NCBI GenBank assembly: GCA_964355495.1
Contig: CAYHES010000001.1
Span: 1 to 54,222 of the forward strand
DNA length: 54,222 bases
Source of the DNA: an uncultured Acidiferrobacterales bacterium
GTDB lineage: Bacteria > Pseudomonadota > Gammaproteobacteria > Acidiferrobacterales > UBA6901
Direction of reading: 5' to 3'
A program made the position numbers and the translations under genes. Shown in pieces: positions 9,151 to 18,513 of this stretch (position 1 is the first letter of the stretch; each line of letters begins with the position of its first letter). A model generated the notes under the pieces. It was not told where the DNA came from and ran no database searches. It saw only the letters and a list, made by a program, of their open reading frames with translations.

Positions 9151-9859
9151 TCAACGATCAAATGATGCAGGAAGGCCCATACTTGTGGTTCTGGTCGTGG
9201 GCATATGGTTGGCATCAGTGGCAGGCGATTTGATGGCGGATAGCAAACACATCGTTTACATCGAGGCCTCAACGGTGAATCGTTGGAAGCTGGACGGTTT
9301 CGCGGCACGCACAGGTAACGATCGCTATCGACTGGAAGCATTGCGCGAGTACGACTTCGACAAAACACGACTCGTGAAACAGGTAATAGAGATCGGCAAG
9401 CGCAGCCCTGATGCCGTCGTTGTTCAGGAATGTTCGGTGTATTTCCCCGGCGACCTTGACGCTTACAAGCGTCAATACCGCGGGTGGATTACGGATATCC
9501 GTGCCCGTGGTTTGCTGCCGGTAATTGCAACGACAGTGCCGCCCGCGTCGCGCAAAGGGTGGACAGCAGATACTAAGGATTTTATCAAGGAGCGCATTCT
9601 CGGCAAGCCGAGCCAGTATGAGCAAGTGATCGCGTTCAACGAATGGCTGCGCGAGCTAGGAAGAGAACTCGGTGTAGCAGTGTTTGACCTTGAACAGGTG
9701 TTACGTGTGAGCGCCGAGGACCGGCACATGCGCGATGAGCACAATGAGGGCGATGGTATCCACTTGAACCGCTCGGCCTACGAGTTGCTCGATCGGGAGC
9801 TAAAGGTGTTTCTCGACCGGTTAGACTGGAAATCTGGCCACGTGCGAAGAGGGCGCTGA
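9134..9859 (+). CDS. SGNH/GDSL-like hydrolase family protein with an N-terminal membrane or signal segment
   Basis: A block V-like motif, EGDGIHLN, is present. Block I is divergent (IEASTV instead of GDS). The gene overlaps the preceding gene by 17 nt. Confidence 0.5.
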   Translation: MCMMHSQRSNDAGRPILVVLVVGIWLASVAGDLMADSKHIVYIEASTVNRWKLDGFAARTGNDRYRLEALREYDFDKTRLVKQVIEIGKRSPDAVVVQECSVYFPGDLDAYKRQYRGWITDIRARGLLPVIATTVPPASRKGWTADTKDFIKERILGKPSQYEQVIAFNEWLRELGRELGVAVFDLEQVLRVSAEDRHMRDEHNEGDGIHLNRSAYELLDRELKVFLDRLDWKSGHVRRGR

Positions 9860-9895
9860 GCAGCACGATCATTCTTACCACTAAACTCACTTAGA

Positions 9896-10912
9896 ATGCG
9901 TATCAGAAAAAAACAGTTGCTCGCGAGGGCTCTTCATTCCATAGGTGCGCCTTCCATCGCACGGAGTATCCGACGGTTCTGCGGCCACGAGATAATGGTT
10001 CTGGCATACCATCGAGTGCAGGATCTTCTTGATGAAGACACTTTTCTGTTTGACCCAGAACTCGTGAGCGCATCAGTGACCGATTTCGCGTGGCAGATGT
10101 CATACGTCAGCCAAAAATATAATCCAATTACCTTCACACGGCTTCTCGATGCTATAGATGGGAAAAGCTCCCTTCCTCCGCGACCTGTGATTGTGACTTT
10201 CGACGATGGGTTCCACGACAACTATCGTTATGCGTTTCCTGTTTTGAGATCGATTGGTGTGCCAGCCACTTTCTTTGTCTCGACTGGCTATATTGGGCAG
10301 ACGCATACCTTTTGGTTTGATTGGTTAGTTTACCTCTGCAAGTATGCCGGATCAGTCGGTGTCCCGTTACGGATCGGAGACCAGGTTTTCCCATTTTCAG
10401 CTAGAGATAACGCGACCCTTATATATCAGGCGATGCTTGCAATACGTGCATTGTCGGATAGTGAGCGGAAGATGGTTATCCGCATATTTGAAGGCACGCT
10501 CAGTATGCAATATCCTGCGGATGGATTCGATGAGAGCAGGCCGATGACATGGGAGCAAGCTAGAGAGATGGCTAACGCCGGTATGGAGTTCGGTTCTCAC
10601 ACGGTTTCGCATCCAGTATTGACTAGTCTAGGTGATGATGAACTACAGCAGGAGTTGTCCGTATCCAAACAGACCCTAGAGGCACAGTTGGGCCTGAGCA
10701 TTGACGTTCTGGCCTATCCGATGGGACTCTTCGACGATCGTGTTCGAAGACAGGCGCAGGAGGTAGGTTATCGCATGGGGATAGCGTACGAAAGCGGTGT
10801 TAATCGGTTTAACACCCTGGACCGCTTCGGTATCATGCGCTTGCATGTTGAGCGTTATGTCGATAGACATGAGTTTGCCATGTCGCTCGCGCTTCCAGAG
10901 ATATTTTCCTAG
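9896..10912 (+). CDS. Polysaccharide deacetylase (NodB homology domain)
   Basis: Contains VIVTFDDGFHDNYRYAFPVLRSIGVPATFFV and GSHTVSHP. Confidence 0.85.
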   Translation: MRIRKKQLLARALHSIGAPSIARSIRRFCGHEIMVLAYHRVQDLLDEDTFLFDPELVSASVTDFAWQMSYVSQKYNPITFTRLLDAIDGKSSLPPRPVIVTFDDGFHDNYRYAFPVLRSIGVPATFFVSTGYIGQTHTFWFDWLVYLCKYAGSVGVPLRIGDQVFPFSARDNATLIYQAMLAIRALSDSERKMVIRIFEGTLSMQYPADGFDESRPMTWEQAREMANAGMEFGSHTVSHPVLTSLGDDELQQELSVSKQTLEAQLGLSIDVLAYPMGLFDDRVRRQAQEVGYRMGIAYESGVNRFNTLDRFGIMRLHVERYVDRHEFAMSLALPEIFS

Positions 10913-10957
10913 GCTACCATAGGCTAGACAGTAGCAAGAGGAGCGCATCACAGCTTT

Positions 10958-12778
10958 ATGGAAGAATCTATATCTTCGCAACATGTCGATCTGGCTAAGG
11001 ATGTGCTCAATAATCTGGACTTCAGCGTGCCGCGAGAGGCGCTATATGCAACGCTGTCTAAGTATTTGCCTTATGACGAATACCTGAGTGTTGCACGCAC
11101 CCTCACCCGCAGTTATGCGTTCCTGATCCCGTTGTTCCCCGTTCACGCGACCCGCACAACAGCCCTTGTTCTTGAAAGCCGCCTGGGATCAGTGTCAGCA
11201 AGCCTTGCCGCGCATTTCCACTCCATCCTATGTATCCCGGCAACGCCGCTGGATCGTGCTTTTACCGAGCGAAGAATTCAGCAGAACAAAATCCAGAACG
11301 TGACAGTACTCGCAGCTAACAAATCGCTCGATGAAGAACTCACAGCGGTGGAGTTAGGAGTCATTGTGCTATGGGGATTTCCCCAACTTACTGAAGGACA
11401 CGAAATTGGTACAGATTCGTATTCATGGCAGTCGTTTATTCGACTGACCAATCTTCGGATCGGTGCGCAAGGCATTCTCATCATCGCCGACAATAATGCC
11501 CGTGATTATCGTAAGTGGAAAACCATGGCAGGTTTGGCAAATTGCATAAAATCGTCTGGGCGCCTGACGATACCGGCTGCCGGTCGTCTGATGAGCGCAC
11601 ATGGCCTTCGTGAGCGAGTGTACTTTGCGGGAAAAAGCACTTTGTCCCCCGATTTCTGGCCACCCCCCGAGTTTATCAGCGGCAGCGAGTCACCTGCGGC
11701 TTTCCCATATGGGGGGAACCCTGCTAAGGATAGGGCAGTGCGCACGCGTTTATTAAAGCGGTTTTGGCCCGCCTTTCTGTTTCTTGGTTCGCGCCAAAGA
11801 TATCCATCGGATCTTGACGCACTTTTTATGGAAAGCGGGGTCGCAGAACGTGTCGGCTGGGCGGCACACGAGAAGATATTGGTCAGAAAACTGGTGGCGG
11901 GTAATGCGGATACGACGGTGATAATCGCGGGACCAGAGAACCGCTATGATGCCGATGTGGTTGTACGCATACCGGATTCCGAAGAGGGTCGTATCCGTTG
12001 CGAGACGAATGTGATGTCGCTTGGTATTCTTGAGCGTAGCCCCATTGCGAATCGTACTCCTAAGCTTCATGCAACAGGGATGTGGCATGGTCGAATGTAT
12101 TCTGTGGAAAGCCGATGCACGGGCCGCGAGTTTCTTGGCAGCAGACATAAATCCAAAATGGATATGGCTGTTCGAAAGGCGTGTGAAATGCTGCTTAGGT
12201 ATCATGAGCAGTCCTGTGTGCGGCAACCTGTCACCGAGCAGATCTACCGGAACGTCGTGGAAAGCACTCTGACCGTTGCCTCACGTTTTAGTGATGCACG
12301 TACTAATAGTCGGATTGATATCTTGAACCAGCAGCTCCACGAAGTCTTGACCGACAGCGAGATGGCGATCGGTCACACGCATGGCGATTTCAAGCTTGGC
12401 AATATCCTCTTCGATCACCGCCTTGAGGCATGCGCGATCATTGATTGGGACTACGCACAGAATCAGGGCATGCCGCTGCTTGATTATCTAACCTGCCTGA
12501 TTTACCAGTTGGCGCAAGAATCTGGCCGCCTGCGGCAGGTATATATTGAACAGATCTTGCCATGGCATTTATCGGCCACGGCAGCTAAAGTCGTAGAAGA
12601 GGCAGTGACGAGACTGGGCTTGTCCGAGACCCAGTTTCTGGCGCTTCGCATCGTACTATGGTTTACCTTGACCCGTGACCGATTCGATCCGTGTTTCATG
12701 GCTCAACCCGGGTGGCGCCTGGAATATCACGAACATATCTTGGGTCACATCGAAAAGCAGAGCCGCCGTCTTGGATAA
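10958..12778 (+). CDS. Fusion protein: uncharacterised N-terminal region of about 330 aa plus a C-terminal aminoglycoside-phosphotransferase/choline-kinase-like kinase domain
   Basis: The C-terminus has a Brenner-type catalytic loop, HGDFKLGNILFD, and a metal-binding IIDWDYA. The N-terminal half has no motif I can name. Confidence 0.55.
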   Translation: MEESISSQHVDLAKDVLNNLDFSVPREALYATLSKYLPYDEYLSVARTLTRSYAFLIPLFPVHATRTTALVLESRLGSVSASLAAHFHSILCIPATPLDRAFTERRIQQNKIQNVTVLAANKSLDEELTAVELGVIVLWGFPQLTEGHEIGTDSYSWQSFIRLTNLRIGAQGILIIADNNARDYRKWKTMAGLANCIKSSGRLTIPAAGRLMSAHGLRERVYFAGKSTLSPDFWPPPEFISGSESPAAFPYGGNPAKDRAVRTRLLKRFWPAFLFLGSRQRYPSDLDALFMESGVAERVGWAAHEKILVRKLVAGNADTTVIIAGPENRYDADVVVRIPDSEEGRIRCETNVMSLGILERSPIANRTPKLHATGMWHGRMYSVESRCTGREFLGSRHKSKMDMAVRKACEMLLRYHEQSCVRQPVTEQIYRNVVESTLTVASRFSDARTNSRIDILNQQLHEVLTDSEMAIGHTHGDFKLGNILFDHRLEACAIIDWDYAQNQGMPLLDYLTCLIYQLAQESGRLRQVYIEQILPWHLSATAAKVVEEAVTRLGLSETQFLALRIVLWFTLTRDRFDPCFMAQPGWRLEYHEHILGHIEKQSRRLG

Positions 12779-13090
12779 ATTGCAAAAAATACCAAGACAA
12801 CATAATGGCGACGAAGCTCTTGTGGTGAATGACCAGCACTACGTCAACCGTGGAGAATTATACCTCGCTGTGTGTATGCTATGCGGACTATGTGCGCAGC
12901 GCGATATTGCTGCGTCATTTTATCATGCCATCTCTGCTGAGAAGCGCGAATGGCCTTGGCAGGCGTCGACTGTTTCCTGCCTGGTAGCTGATCCAGTAGC
13001 GATGCAGGCTGTGTCTGTCACTACTTTCATACCCTTGACGCTGATGGCGAATGCAACAGCGCCAGCCTCGTCGGTAGTTCTTTGATAGCT

Positions 13091-14584
13091 ATGCAAGCAG
13101 ATCTGAAGCGACTCTTCCGCAAGAGCGGTATTTATCTGGTCGGTAATTTGCTGAACAGGCTGGGAGCTTTCCTTTTGTTGCCACTGTACACTTCGCAGCT
13201 GAGCGTAGCGGAGTATGGTCGACTGGAGCTGCTTTATTCACTATCGGCGGTAATCTCTGTAGTGTTTTCCGCCGGGTTAGCACATTCGACGCTGCGATTT
13301 TACTTTGACCAGCCTGAAGTCCAAAAGCGTAAACAAGTCGTGACCACAGGTCTTGTGACTATACTTGCGCTGAGCAGTTTTGGTGCAGTGTTGGTGTACC
13401 TTGCGCGTGTCCCGATTGCCGTGATGCTGCTCGACAGTGCAGCGTATGTTCCGGCGCTTAATATAGTTCTCCTGATTCTGGTGCTGGAGCTGACGACCGA
13501 GGTTGGCTTTGCCTATTTGCGCGCCAGAGAACTGGCCGTCTTTTATGTGCTTGTGTCATTTACCAAGTTGCTTGTGCAGGTAGGCCTCAGTATTTATTTT
13601 GTAGGCGTGCTGCATATGGGTGTGTTAGGTGTGTTGCAAGCAAATCTGTGGACGGTAGCGCTCGGGTCGCTGGTGGTAATCGGTTATGCTCTCAGGCACT
13701 GCGGGCTCATGCCCGATATCGCCATGCTTGGGCAAATGTTGCGATACAGTATCCCGATGGCGCTTAGCGGCATCGTCGCATCGTTCGCCGGCAATATAGA
13801 CCGCTTTCTTCTCAAAGATATGGTTTCGCTCGAAGCGGTAGGTCTGTATGGACTTGCCATGAAGTTTGCACTCCTGTTGACCTTTGTTGTCCTTGAGCCG
13901 TTTCAGCGAGGTTATGGGCCATTCCGTTTTTCTGTTATTGGACAGGAGAATGCGACCGCTGTTCAAGCACAAGCCGCCCACTATCAGTTCGTGTTTGCAA
14001 TTATTGCGGGTTTTGGAATTGCGCTTGTAACGCCTGAGATTCTGCATGCAATCACCCCACAGAGCTATTTTTCCGCGTACACAATCACACCTATCTTGCT
14101 GCTTGGCGTGACGGTCAGCGGCCTTTCTTACTGTTATGAGACTGGAATTTTATATTGCAAAAAAACACAGTATCTTCTGTACATCAACCTTGGAACACTT
14201 GCGATAAAGACAGGGCTAAATCTGTTGTTGATTCCGTTCTGGGGGGTCTATGGCGCAGCGACTGCATATATTGGTGCGAATCTCGTCAATGCTATCCTTA
14301 TTAACATGGTTTCACAGCGGCTTTATCCGGTACCTTTCAGGTATGCACCACTTATCTGGATATCAACGCTAGCCGTAGTCTTTTATTTTCCATCACTGCT
14401 GTTCAACAATTGGCCCCTGTTTGTTTCGATTCCTGTAAAGCTGGTTCTATTTTTGATGTTAATTGCCGTGATATATCGCATAGATACGCCTGTCCGGACT
14501 TTGCTGGACACGTTGTGGCGTTCTGGTAGTTCGATAAGGCAGTGGCGCAACATACCGGCGGCGCACAGTCGTCATAACAAATAG
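13091..14584 (+). CDS. Wzx-type oligosaccharide flippase (MOP superfamily)
   Basis: It is polytopic throughout. The N-terminus FRKSGIYLVGNLLNRLGAFLLLPLYTSQLSVAEYG is typical of polysaccharide biosynthesis flippases. Confidence 0.8.
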   Translation: MQADLKRLFRKSGIYLVGNLLNRLGAFLLLPLYTSQLSVAEYGRLELLYSLSAVISVVFSAGLAHSTLRFYFDQPEVQKRKQVVTTGLVTILALSSFGAVLVYLARVPIAVMLLDSAAYVPALNIVLLILVLELTTEVGFAYLRARELAVFYVLVSFTKLLVQVGLSIYFVGVLHMGVLGVLQANLWTVALGSLVVIGYALRHCGLMPDIAMLGQMLRYSIPMALSGIVASFAGNIDRFLLKDMVSLEAVGLYGLAMKFALLLTFVVLEPFQRGYGPFRFSVIGQENATAVQAQAAHYQFVFAIIAGFGIALVTPEILHAITPQSYFSAYTITPILLLGVTVSGLSYCYETGILYCKKTQYLLYINLGTLAIKTGLNLLLIPFWGVYGAATAYIGANLVNAILINMVSQRLYPVPFRYAPLIWISTLAVVFYFPSLLFNNWPLFVSIPVKLVLFLMLIAVIYRIDTPVRTLLDTLWRSGSSIRQWRNIPAAHSRHNK

Positions 14585-14615
14585 TCTGGGTACAAGCGGA
14601 TAACGGTAGTCAATC

Positions 14616-15878
14616 ATGGCGCTAATTCCCATTTATCTCTATCTGATCGCCCTGTATATACGGCCTCAGGACTGGGTGCCATTTTTTCTAGGCTGGCCTA
14701 CGGCCTATTTGATTATTCCATTTGGTATGGCGATAGCCATCAGCCAATACACCGGCGAGCGAGAGCGTTTCAGGATTCCTCAAAACTGGCTGATGCCGGT
14801 GTATCTTGTAATCATTTTTCTTTCAACGTTGTTGGCAACAGATGCAGGGTCGGCTTTTGAACAGCTTGAGCTTTTCATCAAGCGCGTCATTGTGTTCTTC
14901 ATGATCGCGTGGACACTCACTACGATCGAGCGGTTGCAGGCAGTGGTTTGGGCAGTACTCTGGCTGTCATTGTTCCTAGCCTATCAGGCATTCTTGCAGG
15001 CTACCGAGGGGCAAGCATGGGGTGGGCTGACTTCATTTCCAGGTTACGCGGAAACGCGTGTACGCTGGTACGGTGACTGGGATGGGCCCAATGTTTTAGG
15101 TATTCTGTTTGTAATCGCCGCAGCCTTCACGTACGAGCTCGTGTTAGGTGCACATTCATGGTCCGTCAGGCTTGTCGGGATCGGTTTAGGGGCATCCTAC
15201 TTTGTGGCAATCTTCCTGACTGACTCGCGTGGTGCGGTGCTCGCGCTGGGTTGCAGTATGTTGTTCTATCTTAGAGAAAAATTTCGCCATCCCATGGCTG
15301 TCGTTATTGGTATTGCGGCGGTGCTTGCTCTTTTTATGATAGGCCCATCGCGCATGAGTACGGTGAGTTCCGGTGAGTCGTCTGCACACGAGCGAACTTG
15401 GCTGTGGGAGCAGGGGCTAAACATGCTCAGGGAGAAACCACTATTGGGCGTAGGGCGAGGGGAATTTGCCAAGAAGGTGGATTTGAAACTGGTAGCCCAC
15501 AACAATTATGTCCAGAATTTTTCAGAGACGGGTCTGCTCGGCTTTTTCTGTTTCATGGCAATTCTGTGGTTCTGCTTTAAAGGTAATTGGCTTGTTACCA
15601 AACCAGAGTATGGAAGCGATCCTCGCCTGGTTGCAATCGCGCGCATGATAACCGGTGCGTTCATAGGTTTCGCTGCCGCGACGTTCTTCGTCGTCATGGA
15701 ACTCGATCTGTTGTACTTTCTGGAAGGTCTCGCAGCGGCGAATTACTTGGTGGCCCGCCGTGAAAACCTGCAACTACCTGCATTGCGGTTCTCGCGTCTG
15801 GACGCCGTAATTATAGTCGGTAGCATGATAAGTTTAATTAGCATGATTTGGTTGGCTGCGGTTAAAGAGATTATCTAA
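14616..15878 (+). CDS. O-antigen ligase/Wzy-like polymerase family membrane protein (resembles the exosortase-A-associated O-glycosylation ligase family)
   Basis: It is polytopic, starts IYLYLIALYIRPQDWVPFF, and has TDSRGAVLAL and a periplasmic-loop region with HNNYVQ. Confidence 0.7.
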   Translation: MALIPIYLYLIALYIRPQDWVPFFLGWPTAYLIIPFGMAIAISQYTGERERFRIPQNWLMPVYLVIIFLSTLLATDAGSAFEQLELFIKRVIVFFMIAWTLTTIERLQAVVWAVLWLSLFLAYQAFLQATEGQAWGGLTSFPGYAETRVRWYGDWDGPNVLGILFVIAAAFTYELVLGAHSWSVRLVGIGLGASYFVAIFLTDSRGAVLALGCSMLFYLREKFRHPMAVVIGIAAVLALFMIGPSRMSTVSSGESSAHERTWLWEQGLNMLREKPLLGVGRGEFAKKVDLKLVAHNNYVQNFSETGLLGFFCFMAILWFCFKGNWLVTKPEYGSDPRLVAIARMITGAFIGFAAATFFVVMELDLLYFLEGLAAANYLVARRENLQLPALRFSRLDAVIIVGSMISLISMIWLAAVKEII

Positions 15879-15882
15879 ACTC

Positions 15883-17025
15883 ATGATGCAAATATCATCG
15901 AATCAGGCACCGCTGCCCGTACTGTTTGTCAATCACAGTATGGCAATGGGCGGCATCGAGACGCTTATTGTGGATTTCGTCTGCAGCTTAAGTGCCGTTG
16001 GCGTTCAGCCGCGGATTGCTGTATTTGAGGCCGGCGGTAGCCTGGAACAGCGTCTGGAGAAGCTCTCGATCCCCATCCACCGTATGGAGAAGCGTGAGGG
16101 CGTAGATTTGCGCATGGTAGTGCGCCTGCGCAGGCTGATAAAGGCGCATGGCATCCGCGTTGTGCACAGCCACGTTTTCTCTACTTGGTTATACTCCGCG
16201 CTCGCAGTGCATAGCATGCCTGGTGCAGGTATTGTGCATGTGCACACTGTGCATTCACACATCGAAAATATGCCACGGCGTAAACTGTTAGAGAGACTGC
16301 TGTCTGCGCTGACAACACACGTCGTTTCGGTGTCTCGATACGTGAATGATGTTTTAACCCGTCAAAACGGTATCCCTGCGCATCGTGTTAGGCTCATATA
16401 TAATGGTGTTGACACTGCCCGGTTTGTTCCAGATCCGATTCGCCGTGGCCATACTCGTGCTGCGCTTGGTATCGCCGAGAACGAGATTCTGATCGGAATC
16501 GTGGCGCGTCTCTCAAAAATTAAAGACCATGTGACACTGCTGCATGCCTTTCGACGATTGCTCGATGTGACCCACAGGCCGGTAAGACTGGCGTTAATCG
16601 GTGGCGGCCCGGAACGGGGCGCGATCGACGATACGGTGCGCGTACTTCGGCTTGAAGAACGTACACTGCTACTTGGCGAACGACAGGATACTCCGGACCT
16701 GCTCAATGCCATGGACATCTATGTGCTGTCATCGCTCAATGAGGGCATGAATGTGACCCTACTTGAGGCCATGAGCACGGGTTTGCCGGTGGTTGCTACT
16801 GCTGTCGGAGGGAATCCCGAGATCGTGGAAGAGGGCGTCACAGGGCTGTTAGTTCCTTCGCAGGACCAAGTGGCGTTAGCAGCTGCGCTTGCACAAATGG
16901 TTGAGTCGAAAGACCAGCGCACCGCATTTGGTGAGGCAGGTCGCTCGCGTGTTTTAGGGCGCTTCAGTCAGGTAACCATGTTAAGCGCGTACATGGAACT
17001 TTATCACGCTCGGGCGAGCAAGTGA
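15883..17025 (+). CDS. Glycosyltransferase family 4
   Basis: The C-terminal GT1/GT4 signature reads SLNEGMNVTLLEAMSTGLPVVATAVGGNPEIVEEGVTGLLV. Confidence 0.85.
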   Translation: MMQISSNQAPLPVLFVNHSMAMGGIETLIVDFVCSLSAVGVQPRIAVFEAGGSLEQRLEKLSIPIHRMEKREGVDLRMVVRLRRLIKAHGIRVVHSHVFSTWLYSALAVHSMPGAGIVHVHTVHSHIENMPRRKLLERLLSALTTHVVSVSRYVNDVLTRQNGIPAHRVRLIYNGVDTARFVPDPIRRGHTRAALGIAENEILIGIVARLSKIKDHVTLLHAFRRLLDVTHRPVRLALIGGGPERGAIDDTVRVLRLEERTLLLGERQDTPDLLNAMDIYVLSSLNEGMNVTLLEAMSTGLPVVATAVGGNPEIVEEGVTGLLVPSQDQVALAAALAQMVESKDQRTAFGEAGRSRVLGRFSQVTMLSAYMELYHARASK

Positions 17026-17589
17026 GATTGCTGTGCAATATTCTTTACTCGTGGCAGCTTCCTGTGCCGTGCTACTGAACGGTGGAATTACACAGCTCAG
17101 CTTGCCTAGGCTTTGTGTGGGCTGGGCTTGCCAAAGCGCATAGCTCAGATCGTGGCGCAAAGAGTTGACTGTATGCAGTCGAGGCTTATTGGGGAGAGGT
17201 GATTGATGTGTGCGATCAGACAAAGAATCTATTAAGTTAGCTTGGGCGGCTGATTGGTGCTTACGGATATGGAGCTGTATCGTGCTCGACTCCATCGATT
17301 TCAGTTCTAACAGCAAATGGTTTTGTATATTATGTTGACGGCAGTCCGGTGATGGCACAGGAAGATCCCCCCAACTAGGCTGTAAACGCTGTCAGCGATG
17401 GCTTGGGAGTATGTTGCTGTGACACGGAATATTCGCTAAATGGCGGCCTGACTGGAGTTAATGCAAATGGCCATGGTAGTTTACAAAATGCATGGTCGAA
17501 CAGGCTAGACGGATAGACATGTATGGGCGCAAATGGATCGACAGCTCCCATGCCATTCTAAGACTGTGTGACCTGAGGAGAATATAGAA

Positions 17590-18513
17590 ATGGTATTACC
17601 TGAACGCATTTATCGCTGGATCGCGACCCAAAACTCAAACCTGCCTTTGGTCGGGCTTGTGACTTTCACCGCGCCAGGTCTGTTTGTAAAAAGCATACTC
17701 AATGGCAATCGAGACAAAAGCTTGTGGGCGTCGAAGAAGGCTTGTGTGACGCTCTCGTTTGACTGCGATTATCCCGATGATGTTGAGGCCATCCCGGCGA
17801 TACTGGAAATGCTCAAGCCGTACCGCTACAAGGCGAGTTTTGCCGTCGTGGGCCACTGGGTGCAGAAGTACCCTAAAGAGCATGCTGCCGTGGTGGAGCA
17901 GGGCCACGAGATCATGAATCATACGTACTCTCACCCAGATAATGAGTTGCTGAATCCGGGACGCAAGTTTCGCTATATATCGAAAGACGAAAAAATGGAG
18001 GAGATCGTGAAATGCCACGAGATCTGCAAGTCAGAACTCGGCATAGAGCCTATCGGGCTGCGAATTCCGCACTTCAAGCATTTGTTTTCGAGTGACATTT
18101 ACGCATTGCTGAGCGAAGTCGGATACCGCTATTCTTCGTCCACTTGGCTTACGAATACCACGACGCGCGGTCTGCCATTCCAGGCCGAACACGGTATTGT
18201 GGAATTCCCCTTGACGACCTGTCCGAAGCATCCATTTACCGTGTTTGACACTTGGCATTCACTCAATGCCCAGCGGCTGAGTCATCGACTGCTGCATCGC
18301 GGGCCAGAGAGCTATCTTGAACTGTTCCGTGACTTGCTCAGAATGGCGCGTGAGACTGGCTCCTATCTCAACATTTACATGGACCCCCTGGATATCAAGA
18401 ATATCCCCGGTTTTGAGATTATGCTGAAACTGTTGGCAGATGAAGACCTGGACGTGGTGACCTATTCACAATATCTGGAGCGAGGAATGCATATTGCGTC
18501 ACCAAATGGATAA
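17590..18513 (+). CDS. Polysaccharide deacetylase (divergent NodB domain)
   Basis: Contains VTLSFDCDYPDD (motif 1-like) and EIMNHTYSHP (motif 2). Confidence 0.7.
   Translation: MVLPERIYRWIATQNSNLPLVGLVTFTAPGLFVKSILNGNRDKSLWASKKACVTLSFDCDYPDDVEAIPAILEMLKPYRYKASFAVVGHWVQKYPKEHAAVVEQGHEIMNHTYSHPDNELLNPGRKFRYISKDEKMEEIVKCHEICKSELGIEPIGLRIPHFKHLFSSDIYALLSEVGYRYSSSTWLTNTTTRGLPFQAEHGIVEFPLTTCPKHPFTVFDTWHSLNAQRLSHRLLHRGPESYLELFRDLLRMARETGSYLNIYMDPLDIKNIPGFEIMLKLLADEDLDVVTYSQYLERGMHIASPNG

Noticed and set aside
12675-13085. A 136-aa ORF spanning the end of the kinase-like gene and the 312-bp gap before the flippase gene.
   Set aside because: It overlaps the well-supported upstream CDS in another frame. 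It has no ribosome-binding site or family features, and the part outside the overlap is only about 70 codons.
16033-16040. GGCGGTAG, identical to the ops/JUMPStart core used by RfaH.
   Set aside because: It lies inside the GT4 coding sequence, far from any operon leader. An 8-mer match by chance is plausible.
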